This document shows, piece by piece, positions 51,596 through 64,000 of a DNA stretch of 64,000 nucleotides. Both the position numbers and the translations under genes were made by a program. Source of the stretch: Candidatus Poribacteria bacterium (GTDB taxonomy: Bacteria; Poribacteria; WGA-4E; PCPOR2b). Within the stretch, counting starts at the first letter, position 1; every line of letters starts with the position of its first letter. The notes below the pieces were generated by a model that ran no database searches, was not told the DNA's origin, and saw nothing but the letters and a program-made list of their open reading frames with translations. The stretch lies in contig OZ244587.1 in NCBI GenBank assembly GCA_965218095.1, positions 4,320,001 to 4,384,000 of the forward strand. The letters run 5' to 3'.

Positions 51596-53236
51596 CTACT
51601 CGAAGCGGGACCTGCGGGGCTCCATGTTAGAGTGCACATCTATCAGCACTGTTCGTCCTTCAGCGTTCAGTTGCTGCGCCTGCTGAAGGGCAGGAACCAT
51701 TTCGGTCGGTTGGGTGACCGTGATGCCGACAGCACCCATGCCTTCGGCTATCTTGGCGTAGTCGCCCATCATCTCGGTTGTACCAAACTGCTTGCGGGCG
51801 GTGGGATAGCCGCCCGGATAGGTCGCCATGCCACCGTTGTTGAGAACGATGGTGGTAATTGGCACGCCGGCGCGAACAGAGGTCTCAATGTCCAGACCAG
51901 ACATACCGAAGGCCCCGTCGCCCATGAAGTTCAGGCAGAATTTGTTGGGCTTTGCTACCTTCGCGCCGATCATCAGCGGGATGCCGAAGCCGAGGTGGGT
52001 AGTCTTGCCCCATCCGATGTAGCTGTGGGGAACCGTTGCGGGATAAAAGGGCAGGATGCAGTCACGTGGTGCGCCAGCATCATGGGTAACAATGCTGTTC
52101 TCTAGGTCGAGGGTCTTGATGATGTCCCCAATCACACGGTATGTGTTGAGGGGCACCTCGTCAGAAGTCAGCAGAGGGGCCCACTCTTTCAGCCAGCGCT
52201 TTTTGACTTCGGCGATCTCTTCTGCGACTCTGGTCTGGCCTTTGCGTCCATTCGCGCCGAGTTGGGCTTTGACCTCCTCGATCATGGACTGCAATGTCAG
52301 CCTGGCATCGCCCGGCAGTCCAACGTCAACCGAGAAGTCTTTGTTGATGTCTTCTATGCTCTCGACGTTGTGGATGATGACCTTGTTATCTGGAATGGGC
52401 TGGCTATAGGTGGTGCGGGTCATGCTAGAGCCGACGGCAAACAGCACGTCCGACTTCTGTATCCACCGCCGGGCGGGCAGGGTAGTCGCGCCACTGCCTG
52501 CACCAACGGAGAGAGGATGCCGCTCATCGAAGGCGGACTTGCCGGGCATGGTGCAATACACCGGTATCTCAGTCAATTCGGCAAATTCTTTAAGCGCCTC
52601 GGTCGCGCCGGAGAATAGCACACCCATGCCGGACCAGATGAGGGGCTTGTTGGCGTTGAGCAGGAGCTTGACGGCGTCCTTGACATCGCTGGTAGCCGGA
52701 ACTTGAAGCGCTCGCTTCGGTGGCTTGTAGTTCAGGGCATCGTCCGGAACTTCCTGAAGCCCGACATCATCAGGTATCTCAACGATGACGGGGCCAGGAC
52801 GTCCGTTGCGGAGGTGGTGGAAAGCCCGTCGCATGACGTTAGAAACCTGGCTGGGCTCCGTAATGACCTCGCCATACGTCGAGACAGTATGATATGTGCG
52901 AACGGCGGAGAAATTGGGCGAGATGGCATACCGGTCGAGCCGGGGCCCTCCTGGCACGAACAGAATGGGGCTGTTGTCCGAGAAAGCTTGCGCAATGCCG
53001 CCCATAGCGTTCTCGGCGCCGGGCCCACTTTGGGTGAGGATGACGCCGAACTTGTTACGGTCGTTCACGCGGGTGTATCCGTCGGCGGCCATAACAGCCC
53101 CACGCTCATGGCGGAACATGGTAGAACGAATGCCTTCGTGGGCAGCCTGCTCGATGAGCTGGTTGGATGGGAAACACGCTATCCATTCGACGCCTTCGGT
53201 TTTCAAGATTCGCGCCACGGCTTGCGTTGTGTTCAT
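51596..53236 (-). CDS. Thiamine pyrophosphate-dependent enzyme (acetolactate synthase-like)
   Basis: RHERGAVMAADGY, GPGAEN, GRPGPV, GDGAFGM..LNNG. Confidence 0.93.
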   Translation of the reverse strand: MNTTQAVARILKTEGVEWIACFPSNQLIEQAAHEGIRSTMFRHERGAVMAADGYTRVNDRNKFGVILTQSGPGAENAMGGIAQAFSDNSPILFVPGGPRLDRYAISPNFSAVRTYHTVSTYGEVITEPSQVSNVMRRAFHHLRNGRPGPVIVEIPDDVGLQEVPDDALNYKPPKRALQVPATSDVKDAVKLLLNANKPLIWSGMGVLFSGATEALKEFAELTEIPVYCTMPGKSAFDERHPLSVGAGSGATTLPARRWIQKSDVLFAVGSSMTRTTYSQPIPDNKVIIHNVESIEDINKDFSVDVGLPGDARLTLQSMIEEVKAQLGANGRKGQTRVAEEIAEVKKRWLKEWAPLLTSDEVPLNTYRVIGDIIKTLDLENSIVTHDAGAPRDCILPFYPATVPHSYIGWGKTTHLGFGIPLMIGAKVAKPNKFCLNFMGDGAFGMSGLDIETSVRAGVPITTIVLNNGGMATYPGGYPTARKQFGTTEMMGDYAKIAEGMGAVGITVTQPTEMVPALQQAQQLNAEGRTVLIDVHSNMEPRRSRFE

Positions 53237-53549
53237 CTGGAATCCTCCTTTGGTTTTTGAATCCTGATCTCCTCTCGATTGAAAAATCGGTCACGCTAAA
53301 ATTTGATATACGATAACATAGCACACTGTTAAATTAGTCTTAACAAGTCACTCACTACTCGCTTGGATTTGCCAATCCACAGCGGGCAGGGTTATCAGGA
53401 TTTATTTCACAGTGTAATAGTTCTGTGACGAAATCAACAGATTTATAACACTACCCGGCTTGGCTAATCAGCGCCTACAACTGCACCGTTGCGCGATAAG
53501 AGGGAGCGAACGCTTCGCTCAAGCAGCGACGATTGTAGGCCTTTGTCTG

Positions 53550-54592
53550 TCAATCCGCACCAACGCCTTTAAGGGTGAGGCTCCCAGCCAGGTGACAGGC
53601 GACGTAGCGCCCACTAGATCCGTCAATAGGCGCTAGAGGCGGTTCCTCCTGCCGGCATATTTTCTCTGCATATCGGCAGCGGGTATGGAATCGACACCCC
53701 GTGGGTGGATTCGCCGGACTGGGAACGTCGCCTTCAAGGACGATTCTCGATCTGCTGCGCCCCCGACCGGACGCATGGTAGGAGGGGATGGCCGAGAGCA
53801 ACCCTTCGGTATATGGGTGCCGGGGACGGCGGAAGAGCGCCTGAACTTCGCCGAATTCTACCACTTGCCCCAGGTACATTACCCCCATCCGATCGCTCAG
53901 GTGTTGCACGACGGAAAGATCATGTGAGATGAACAGGTACGTCAGATGCCTCTCCTGCTGTAGCTTTCTCAGCAGGTTGATAATCTGGGCCTGGACCGAA
54001 ACATCCAGGGCTGAAACCGGCTCATCGCAAACAATGAACTCCGGATCCAGACTCAAGGCTCGGGCAATGGCAATGCGCTGCCGCTGGCCACCGCTGAACG
54101 CATGCGGATAGCGGTGCAGATAGCCGCTGGACAGACCCACAGACTCGAGCAACGCTACGACCTTATCCCGCCTGTCCGGAATCTGGTGGATTTGCATGTA
54201 CTCGTCAACGATGTCTCCAACCGACATTCTGGGGTTGAGAGACGAATTCGGATCCTGAAAGATAACTTGCATGCGCCGCCTGATGTTAAACATTTCCGCA
54301 GTATCCAGTTCAAAGAGGTTTGCCATCTTGTCATCTACCCTGTACTCCACTTGGCCGTCGGTGGCTGGAATCAGCCGCAGGATTGTCCGGCCCAGGGTCG
54401 TCTTGCCACAACCGCTTTCGCCCACCAGCCCCACAGTCTCCCCCCGGCGAATCGAAAGGCTCACGCCATCCACCGCCTTGACGTGGCCCACCACCCGTCG
54501 CCAGAAGCCTTTCTTGATCGGAAACCATGTTTTCACATCCGCGATCTGTACCAAGACATCTTCGTTATTGCCTTTTTCCGCTATCATTGCGC

Positions 54593-54620
<28 letters not shown>
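53550..54620 (-). CDS. Oligopeptide-type ABC ATPase (OppF-like)
   Basis: GESGCGKT, FSGGQRQR, CDEPVSALDVS, GCRFHTRC. Confidence 0.95.
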
Positions 54621-55686
<1,066 letters not shown>

Positions 55687-55690
<4 letters not shown>

Positions 55691-56811
55691 CGGTAGGGAT
55701 CGGCTGCATCCCGCAGTCCATCCCCAACGAAGTTAAAACAAAGGACGGTCATGACGATGAATATGCCAGGGATTAGAATCCACGGCGCAGTGATGATCGT
55801 TCCCACATTCTGGGCATTTTGTATGAGTAGTCCCCAACTGGTCATTGGCGGTCGAATACCCAGCCCCAAGAAGCTCATAGCGCTTTCCGCCAGGATCATG
55901 CCCGGGAGCGCCAGGGTCGCTACCACGATGAGGTGGCTAAGCGTATTGGGAATAATGTGCTTAAACATGATGTGGACATGACTGCCGCCTCCCCCCTTGG
56001 CCGCCATGACAAAGTCCCGTTCCCTGATGCTGAGCACCTGACCGCGGATCTGTCGCGCCAGGCCCGTCCAACCGATGAGCGCCAGTATCGTGACAATCCC
56101 CCAGTAGGTATAAGTCGAAGGCCAATCTCGAGGCAGTATCGCCGATAGAGACAACCACAGCGGCAAGGTGGGAATAGCGCTGATAATCTCGATCATTCTC
56201 TGGATGATTATGTCCACTACCCCACCAAAGTATCCCGATATCGTTCCCAGAATCGCGCCCAGTACGATGCTCAGAAGAACGCCAAACAAACCAATACTCA
56301 TGGTGATGCGGCCCCCATGGATAATGCGGGTCAGCAGGTCCCGCCCACGATAGTCCGTGCCTAAAAGTGCAATCGTACCACCATCATCCACGCCAAACAG
56401 CCTGATCCCCTGCTCGTCTCGATCCGGACCGTGGAGCGCCTTCGGGCGCCTAACGAAGATGCGAATCGGATATAGACGGTCTTTATCCTCAATGTATACC
56501 CTTTGGAGTTTCTCCAGATCCATCTCCGATTTCATGCCATACATGAATGGCATGAGATGCAACTTGCCCTGGTGATCGAAGAAATGAATCCTTTGGGGAG
56601 GCATGTGAATGTGTGGCAGTGTCTCGGCAGGCAAGTACGGGGCGAAGAACCCGGCAAAAATAACCATAACGTAGACAAAGGCAAGAATCGCCATTGCTGT
56701 TATGGCTAACTTGTGCCGTTTGAATTTTCGCCAGGCCAAACCCCAGGCCGTCACGACCTCTGCTTTCTCAGAATCAGAGGCATTATTTCGGGTGAATATT
56801 CTCATGGGCAT
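55687..56811 (-). CDS. ABC permease (OppC-like)
   Basis: LLGTDYRGRDLL, ESAMSFLGLG..SWG. Confidence 0.95.
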
Positions 56812-56825
56812 TGGCTCCTATTCAC

Positions 56826-57833
56826 TTACTCGTACGAAATCGTTGGATCAATCCGGATCAGGGCAATGTCAGCCAGCAGGTTGCCGATCTGCAGCAACAC
56901 GGCCAGCATCACAAGGAAACTGCCTGCCAGGTAGGTGTCCTGGTACATCAAGGCATCATAAAAGGTTTTGCCAGCCGTGGGCAAACCGAGAACAATACTG
57001 ACGATAATCTCCCCGGCGATTAGGGTTGGCAGTGACGATCCGATGCTCATGATGAGCGGATGCAGAGAGTTCCTCAAGGCATGGCGGTAGATGACGATCC
57101 GTTCCGCCTGTCCTTTGGCTCTGGCTGTCTGGACATAGGGTTGTCCGAGTACGTCAAGCAGATTGCCGCGCACAATCCTGATATTCGAGGCCGCACCGGC
57201 AATCCCGACAATTAGCACTGGAATCCAAAGATGGCTCAACAAGTCCAGCAGCTTATCCCAACTCCAGGGTGCAGCAACATACTCCGCCGAAAACAGCCCG
57301 CCCACCTGGCCCTGGAAAACAAACACCACCATTGTCATCAGCAGCAGTGCAAGAAAGAAACTCGGAACTGCTAATCCGATGTAAGAGATAAAGGTGGCGA
57401 CGTAATCGACGATTCCGTACTGATGCGTCGCCGCATAAACCCCAACCACAAAGCCGACCAACAACGAGAAAAGCATGCTACAGCTTGTTATGGCGAGCGT
57501 CCATCCAAGTTTTTCCCAAATGATTGTGGACACCGGTCGCATGACCATGTAGGCATAGCCAAAGTCGCCTCGCGTGATGATTCCAAACAACCAGGTGAAA
57601 TACCGCTGCAATATCGGCTTGTCCAGACCATATAGCGCCCGCATCTCGTCCAGGAATTCCAGTTGCGCTTGAATGGCTTCCTGCGTCATTTGACTACTCA
57701 TACTCATAATCCGGGTTTTGTAAATGGATACGAAGTCCCCGGGAGCGAGGTCTATCACAAGAAAGCACATGATGGAAAGGATTAACGTCACCGGAATCAT
57801 GTGCAGCAATCGTTTGATAATGTATGAAACCAT
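56826..57833 (-). CDS. ABC permease (OppB-like)
   Basis: YGLDKP..GDFG, YVQTARAKG, NLLADI..DP.I. Confidence 0.95.
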   Translation of the reverse strand: MVSYIIKRLLHMIPVTLILSIMCFLVIDLAPGDFVSIYKTRIMSMSSQMTQEAIQAQLEFLDEMRALYGLDKPILQRYFTWLFGIITRGDFGYAYMVMRPVSTIIWEKLGWTLAITSCSMLFSLLVGFVVGVYAATHQYGIVDYVATFISYIGLAVPSFFLALLLMTMVVFVFQGQVGGLFSAEYVAAPWSWDKLLDLLSHLWIPVLIVGIAGAASNIRIVRGNLLDVLGQPYVQTARAKGQAERIVIYRHALRNSLHPLIMSIGSSLPTLIAGEIIVSIVLGLPTAGKTFYDALMYQDTYLAGSFLVMLAVLLQIGNLLADIALIRIDPTISYE

Positions 57834-58288
57834 AGGGATCCTCTTTTCCTAACTTCTCGCGTAACAGTTCAGACTCTCAGTGCAGCAACTACGAGAGATA
57901 ATCGCACCGTAAAAGGCTTTCTTCGCTAATTCTCAATTGTCTCCCTAAGTCATGTCACTTATGTCGCTGCCACGAGACTCATAGGCAAAATGACAGGGAG
58001 GTGGCGAATTTTGTTCCACTATTGTACCACAATTTGTGGCAAGATTCCAAGTCGTGCGCTAACGTCATGTAAAACTGACGATTGAATATTGACCCACGAC
58101 CCAAGGAGTTGAGTCATTCTCCCCCAGCTCCGGTGCGAAGCACCGAGAGTCCTCGACCTTCGGTCGGGACATTGGGGGCCGGAGGGCAAGCAAAGACCCT
58201 GAACTAAAGTTCGGGCTGAAAGCTAAAGTCACAGGCGCCAGCGGGATTACCGAAATAAATTCTGAAACGCCACCGAGTGTCGGCTTTG

Positions 58289-60286
58289 TCACTTTATCTT
58301 ATACCATTCCCAGACACGGTGATGCACAAAACTGGTCCAACTGTAGGAAATACGCGGGCCCTTGTGCTGGCTGAGGTGCGGGTGATACACCCGTGGGTTG
58401 TTGCCGATGTCCTTTCGGAAGACCGTAAACGCCTTGTAGCCCCCCATCGGGATTGCCCCTCGCCACGCATCCCGCCCAATAAGGTCAGCAATTTGCCGAA
58501 GGGCAGTTTTCTCCTCAATCTCACCTGCCTCGTAGTCATCGACGATGCGGAGCCACTCCACCTGCCAGGGAAGGGGATGCGTCGCGCCGGTTTTTCGCTG
58601 AAAATGGGGCAGATTACTCGGCATCACCGGCAGCACATGGGCGGGCAGTCTGTTCCGCTCCAGAAAATACATCGGCCCGTGCCCAAAGCCGGGGAATTTA
58701 ATGTACATATCGAAATCTCCGGGGTCGGTGATAATATCCGTCATGAGCTGCTCATTCATCGCGTCAATTTTGGCATCGAAGCCCATGCTTCTCAACTGCT
58801 CGACGAGGTCTTCCCCGATCCGGACGCGGCTGACATCGTGAACCGCGACCACAATCGTGAAACCCACCGGTTTGCCTGCTCTGGGGGTCCCGGGCGGGAA
58901 TTCTCTCCAACCATCGCCATCGGTGTCAACCACGCCAATCTCCTCCAGCATTTTTAGCCCCAGGTCCCGATCGTCCTTCAACTCGTACTTCGCTGCAATC
59001 TCTGGGAACCGCTCCTTCAGGACGTCCGGCAGCGGAGACCTATCGGCGACCATCACCGGCGCGGTTCGCTCTGCCATCCGGTCTCGGTCCATAATTAGGC
59101 TGAGTGCCTCCTGGAACCTGGGATGGGTGAACAGCCACCGCAGGCTTTCATCCGGATGATCGAAATTCAGCCACAGGGCATAGAACCGACTGACCTCGGG
59201 AAACAGGAGTAACCGGATATTGGCTCGTGCCTCATTTTGCTTGATGAGCCCTAACTCCATCATACTATAGAAGCCACTCAGATCGGCGGCGATCTCTCCT
59301 GAGATGAGCCCCAGCGCCACCTCGCTTCCACTGGTACTCAGCTTAAATAAGAATCGGTCAAAATAGGGCAACTGCTGCCCCCGACGGTCTACTTTCCAGT
59401 AATAAGGGTTGCGTTCACAGACCAGCTTGTCGCCAAGGGCCCCAACCGTAATCCACGGAGCGAGCACCGCTGGTCTCTGGTTGGGCTTGGGCATCCGCGC
59501 CCCCTGCCAATCGGCGAGGGTCGCTTCGGGATTGTATTTGGGGTGGACCTTTACCATTTCATGTTTCGGCAGAATGTGGAACCCCGTCGTCACCCCGGGG
59601 GCAAACAGGTCCTCAATCAGGGTGGGATACGGTTGGGTCATGACGATCTTGAAGGTATAATCATCAATTTTCACCATCTCGGTGTCGCCGCCGGTGGCAA
59701 GAAGGCGTCGGATTCCGGTACTTTGCAGGTTAACCAACTCGTCATTGCGGATGACATCGTAGTACGTGAACAGAATGTCGTCGATGGTGAACGGCATGCC
59801 GTCAGACCACTTGACCCCCGGACGGAGATGAAAGGTAATCACTTTCCCGTCGTCGGAGAACTCCCAGCTTTCCGCCAGGTCTGGCTCCAGGATGGGCTCT
59901 TCATCAAGGCTCCAAACTGCCAGGCTCTGAAAGAATCCGAGTTGCGTTCCGTTCCGCTGACCAAGATGATACATATTCATCGGATAATCAATTCCCCCGA
60001 AGATGTTGTGAGCTAGGACGTCGCTGTAAGACCCAATCTCGGGGGCTTTTGAAACCACGGGTTTGGCGGGAAGACGCTGTTCAACGGGTGGAAGTTTGCC
60101 GGCCTGAACCCATTTGGCGAGCATGGGGGCTTCGCTAAACTGCGTGATCGCCTCAACTGTCGCTGGCTCCGCCGGTGGAGGGGAATCCGACGTCGGTTGG
60201 TCGCAGCCCGACAGCACGAACGCCACTATCACAATGCTGTTGCATAGCAGCATCGGCCAGAGGAAGTGAGCAAGATTGGACTTCAT
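58289..60286 (-). CDS. ABC substrate-binding lipoprotein, family 5 (SBP-1)
   Basis: LSGC lipobox, GKLPPVEQRLP, LAESWE..KWSDG.PFT.DD, RNPYYWKVD..GQQLPY. Confidence 0.95.
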   Translation of the reverse strand: MKSNLAHFLWPMLLCNSIVIVAFVLSGCDQPTSDSPPPAEPATVEAITQFSEAPMLAKWVQAGKLPPVEQRLPAKPVVSKAPEIGSYSDVLAHNIFGGIDYPMNMYHLGQRNGTQLGFFQSLAVWSLDEEPILEPDLAESWEFSDDGKVITFHLRPGVKWSDGMPFTIDDILFTYYDVIRNDELVNLQSTGIRRLLATGGDTEMVKIDDYTFKIVMTQPYPTLIEDLFAPGVTTGFHILPKHEMVKVHPKYNPEATLADWQGARMPKPNQRPAVLAPWITVGALGDKLVCERNPYYWKVDRRGQQLPYFDRFLFKLSTSGSEVALGLISGEIAADLSGFYSMMELGLIKQNEARANIRLLLFPEVSRFYALWLNFDHPDESLRWLFTHPRFQEALSLIMDRDRMAERTAPVMVADRSPLPDVLKERFPEIAAKYELKDDRDLGLKMLEEIGVVDTDGDGWREFPPGTPRAGKPVGFTIVVAVHDVSRVRIGEDLVEQLRSMGFDAKIDAMNEQLMTDIITDPGDFDMYIKFPGFGHGPMYFLERNRLPAHVLPVMPSNLPHFQRKTGATHPLPWQVEWLRIVDDYEAGEIEEKTALRQIADLIGRDAWRGAIPMGGYKAFTVFRKDIGNNPRVYHPHLSQHKGPRISYSWTSFVHHRVWEWYKIK

Positions 60287-60606
60287 AGAATGCTTTGCGG
60301 CAGAAAGGGAGCCACGACTCCTCTCGTTTTTGGGACGTCGGACGAAATATGACAGTAAACAGCGGAAGTTACATTTCTTCAGAATAAATGCCTATCATCA
60401 TCTGGTTACATCAAATTAACCGGCAAATATTCTGTAAAGACCTAATGTATGGAACATTAGTCGGCGAATCCATACATGTTCAGTCTAAATTCAATCCACT
60501 TTCGGCGAGGGCTAATAAGACACGCAGCCATGTGATATTAAGAACTGTACCCGGATAGATTTGTTGATTGTTTTGGGCGGTTAATTCTTTCAAGATTTTC
60601 AAAGTC

Positions 60607-60838
60607 TCACTTTTTAATTGAGGAATGTCTGAACTTTTTGATTATAAAATCTTCGTAAGTATCATTCACAATTTCCCCTAGCCAGGGGGAAAGTTGAGGG
60701 GTGTCGTGAATCGAATTCCAGATACCTGTAATGACATCGTCTCCAAATTCAACCCTGGTTTCTGAATTGCCAGTTAGACACTCATTTTCCGCTAACACAT
60801 CAGATAAAAGGGATTCCCACCGGTTCTTTCTCGTTCAT
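60607..60838 (-). pseudogene. Small acidic hypothetical gene, apparently frameshifted
   Basis: Strong AGGAGGAG RBS before ATG 60838; an early stop, then an open frame to 60607. Confidence 0.35.
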
Positions 60839-60939
60839 TGTCTCCTCCTCCTTTTTTCAGTCGCGAATTTCCGTGGAGAATGGCCCATCCCCTTTTGCAA
60901 CTCAGTGAATTTTCGTTATCCATCTCTGTTTATACCTGC

Positions 60940-62973
60940 TCACTTCATCTTATACCATTCCCAGATACGCTGATGCACAAAACCAGTCCAACTGTAGGAA
61001 ATATGCGGACCCTTGTGCTGGCTGAGGTACGGGTGATACACCCGCGGGTTGTTGCCGATGTCCTTCCGGAAGACCGTAAACGCTCTAACGCCTCCCATCG
61101 GGATTGTCCCTCGCCAGCCATCCCGCCCAATAAGGTCGGCAATTTGCCGGAGCGCGATTTCCTCCTCAATCACCCCCGCCTCGTAGTCATCCACAAGACG
61201 GAGCCATTCTACCTGCCAGGGGAGGGGATGGGTCACGCCGGTTTTCCGCTGGAACGAAGGCAGGTTATGCGGCATCACGGGCAGCACATCGACGGAAAGT
61301 CTGTCCCGGTCCAGACAATACATTATCGGGTGCCCGAAGCCGGGGGCTTTAATGTACATATCGAAGTCCCCGGGGCCGGTAATGGTGTCGTTCATGAGTT
61401 GCTCGTTCAGCGCGTCAACTTTGGCGTCGAAACCCAGTGATCTCAACTGCTCGACGAGGTCTTCCCCGCTTCGGACACGGCTGATATCGTGAACCGCGAC
61501 CACAATCGTGAAACCCACCGGTTTGCCCGCTTTGGGGACGCCGGGCGGGAATTCTCTCCAGCCATCACCGTCGGTGTCAACGACCCCAATCTCCTCCAGC
61601 AGCTTGAGCCCCAGAAACCGGTCCTCCTTCAACTCGTATTTCGTAGCGAGCTCTGGGAACCGCTCTTTCAGGGTGTCGGGCAGCGGGGACCTATCGGCGA
61701 CCACCACCGGTGCTGTTCGCTCCGCCATCTGGTCTCTGTCCATAATCAAGCTGAGGGCTTCTTGAAACTTAGGATTCGTGAACAGCCACCGCAGACTTTC
61801 GTCGGAATGATCGAAATTCAGCCACAGGGCATGGATGCGATTGACTTCGGGAAAGATGAGTACCTTGAGATTGGCTCGCGTCTCATTTTGCTTAACGAGC
61901 CCCACCTCCATCATACACGCGCCGCCTATATCGGCAGTGATCTCTCCTGAGATGAGCCCCAGCGCTACCTCGCTTCCACTGGTACTCAGCTTAAATAAGA
62001 ATCGGTCAAAATAGGGCAACTGCTGTCCCCGACGGTCCACTTTCCAGTAGTAAGGGTTGCGTTCGCATACCAGCTTGTCGCCAAGGATCCCAACCGTAAT
62101 CCATGGGGCAAGCACCGCCGGTCTCTGCTTGGGTTTGGGCATCCGCGCCCCCTGCCAGTCGGCTGGAGTCGCTTTGGGATTATATTTGGGGTGGACCTTT
62201 ACCATTTCATGTTTCGGCAGAATGTGGAACCCCGTCGTCACCCCGGGAGCAAACAGGTCTTCAATCAGGGTGAGATACGGTTGGGTCATGACGATCTTGA
62301 AAGTATAGTCGTTGATTTTCACCATCTCGGTGTCGCCGCCGGTGGCAAGAAGGCGTCGGATTCCGGTACTTTGCGGGTTGACCAAATCGTCATTGAGAAC
62401 CACGTCATAGTAAGTGAACAAGATATCGTCAACGGTAAACGGCACGCCGTCAGACCACTTGACCCCCGAACGGAGATAAACCGTAATCACTTTCCCATCA
62501 TCAGAGAACTCCCAGCTCTCCGCCAGGTCCGGCTCCAGCACAAGCTCTTTCTCGAGGCTCCAAATCGCCAAGCTCTGAAAGAATGTGTATTGCGTTCTGT
62601 TCGCCTGGCCAACAAGATACATATTCATCGGATAATCAATTCCCACGAAGATGTTGTGAGCTAGGACGTCGCTGTAAGCGCCAATCTCGGGGGCTTTTGA
62701 GACGACGGGTTTGACGGGGAGACGCTCCTCGACGGGCGGGAGCTTGCCGGCCTGAACCCGTTCGGCGAGCATGGGGGCTTCGCTAAACTGAGTAATCGCC
62801 TCGACTCTGGCCGGCTCCGCTGGTGGAGGGGCTTCTGTCGTTGGTTGGTCACAGCCCGACAACACAAACGCCACTATCACGATGCTGTTGTATAGCAGCA
62901 TCGGCCAAAGGAAGTGAGCAAGATTGGACTTCATAGAATTCTTCTCAGCGGAAATTGCTTGCATTCCGATCAT
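60940..62973 (-). CDS. ABC substrate-binding lipoprotein, family 5 (SBP-2)
   Basis: Close paralog of SBP-1 over its full length. Confidence 0.95.
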   Translation of the reverse strand: MIGMQAISAEKNSMKSNLAHFLWPMLLYNSIVIVAFVLSGCDQPTTEAPPPAEPARVEAITQFSEAPMLAERVQAGKLPPVEERLPVKPVVSKAPEIGAYSDVLAHNIFVGIDYPMNMYLVGQANRTQYTFFQSLAIWSLEKELVLEPDLAESWEFSDDGKVITVYLRSGVKWSDGVPFTVDDILFTYYDVVLNDDLVNPQSTGIRRLLATGGDTEMVKINDYTFKIVMTQPYLTLIEDLFAPGVTTGFHILPKHEMVKVHPKYNPKATPADWQGARMPKPKQRPAVLAPWITVGILGDKLVCERNPYYWKVDRRGQQLPYFDRFLFKLSTSGSEVALGLISGEITADIGGACMMEVGLVKQNETRANLKVLIFPEVNRIHALWLNFDHSDESLRWLFTNPKFQEALSLIMDRDQMAERTAPVVVADRSPLPDTLKERFPELATKYELKEDRFLGLKLLEEIGVVDTDGDGWREFPPGVPKAGKPVGFTIVVAVHDISRVRSGEDLVEQLRSLGFDAKVDALNEQLMNDTITGPGDFDMYIKAPGFGHPIMYCLDRDRLSVDVLPVMPHNLPSFQRKTGVTHPLPWQVEWLRLVDDYEAGVIEEEIALRQIADLIGRDGWRGTIPMGGVRAFTVFRKDIGNNPRVYHPYLSQHKGPHISYSWTGFVHQRIWEWYKMK

Positions 62974-63378
62974 ATTCCCCTCATTTGAAAATTACTTAAT
63001 GCTTTGTTACCTTTGGTTTGACAAGTAAAGTAAGCAGTGCGCGTCCGATTTACCAGCGTCAACCTGTCCTTGCAGGGTTGGCAACAAATACCCGACAGCC
63101 TGGGCTGATATGCCTTCCTGCGATTGGCAGATGTCCAATTTCAGCCCAACGGGGTTGTCAACCCTGCATCATTGTGGGGATTAACAGATGTTTAACCCGA
63201 AATTACCTTAAGCGGAGAACACAGTTGGCATCAGGTGGGAAGCCACGATTGGTTCGACGGGTTTGTGAATCGTGCTAAGCCGCGTCACGCCTGCAATCAC
63301 GCGCATATATTGCCATGACTATGTCCTTGTTGAGGAATCCCCGAACAAGCTCGAGCGCCCAACTTTCCAGACAGGCTC

Positions 63379-64000
63379 TTACTTCATCTTGTACCATTCC
63401 CAGACGCGGTTATGTACAAAACCGCCCCAAATTGGCCCTCTGTGCTGGCTGAAGTACGGGTGATACACCCGTGGGTTGTTGCCGATGTCCTTTCTGAAGA
63501 CTATAAACGCTCTAGCGCCTCCCATCGGGATTGTTCCTCGCCACGCATCCCGCCCAATGAGGTCGGCAATTTGCCGAAGGGCGGTTTCCTCCTCAATCAC
63601 CCCTGCCTCGTGGGCATTGACGATCCGGAGCCACTCCACCTGCCAGGGGAGCGGATGGGTCGCACCAGTTTTTCGTTGAAACGAAGGTAGATTACTCGGC
63701 ATCATGGGCAGTACATGGGCAGGCAATCGGTCATGCTTCAGAAAATACATCGGCCCGTGCCCGAAACCGGGGGCTTTAATGTACATATCGAAATCCCCGG
63801 GATTGGTGATGGCATCCATCATGAGCTGCTCATTCATCGCGTCGATTTTGGCGTCGAAGCCTATATCTCTCAATTGCTCGACGAGGTCTTCCCCGCCCCG
63901 GACGCGGCTGACATCGTGAACCGCGACCACAATCGTGAAGTCCACCGGTTTGCCCGCTCTGGGGGTACTCGGCGGGAATTCTCGCCAGCCATCGCCATCG
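63379..64000 (-). CDS. ABC substrate-binding lipoprotein, family 5 (SBP-3), 5'-partial
   Basis: The C-terminal third matches SBP-1 and SBP-2; the frame continues beyond the window edge. Confidence 0.92.
   Translation of the reverse strand, partial: DGDGWREFPPSTPRAGKPVDFTIVVAVHDVSRVRGGEDLVEQLRDIGFDAKIDAMNEQLMMDAITNPGDFDMYIKAPGFGHGPMYFLKHDRLPAHVLPMMPSNLPSFQRKTGATHPLPWQVEWLRIVNAHEAGVIEEETALRQIADLIGRDAWRGTIPMGGARAFIVFRKDIGNNPRVYHPYFSQHRGPIWGGFVHNRVWEWYKMK

Overview
Bacterial chromosomal window, probably from a Candidatus Poribacteria-like genome. This is inferred from secreted LamG proteins with the C-terminal motif V-x-A-x-GKLA-x-x-WG-x-IK, together with PhyH, Gfo/Idh/MocA, amidohydrolase and DUF4838 genes. 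It encodes mostly catabolic and uptake functions, including tandem P450s, a TonB-dependent receptor and an Opp-type ABC operon fed by at least three tandem substrate-binding proteins. About 20 genes are broken by nonsense codons, frameshifts, deletions or IS insertions. The most striking signal is a layered set of small mobile DNA: three IS5 copies, one IS982, several MITE families with intact target-site duplications, and a Y1/HUH transposase flanked by hairpin REPs with non-autonomous derivatives. There is also a 13-31 bp micro-palindrome family (core CCCGATNGATCGGG) that has inserted into a gene and into the loops of other hairpin repeats. No rRNA, tRNA or CRISPR array was seen. All calls come from reading the sequence; no database searches were run.
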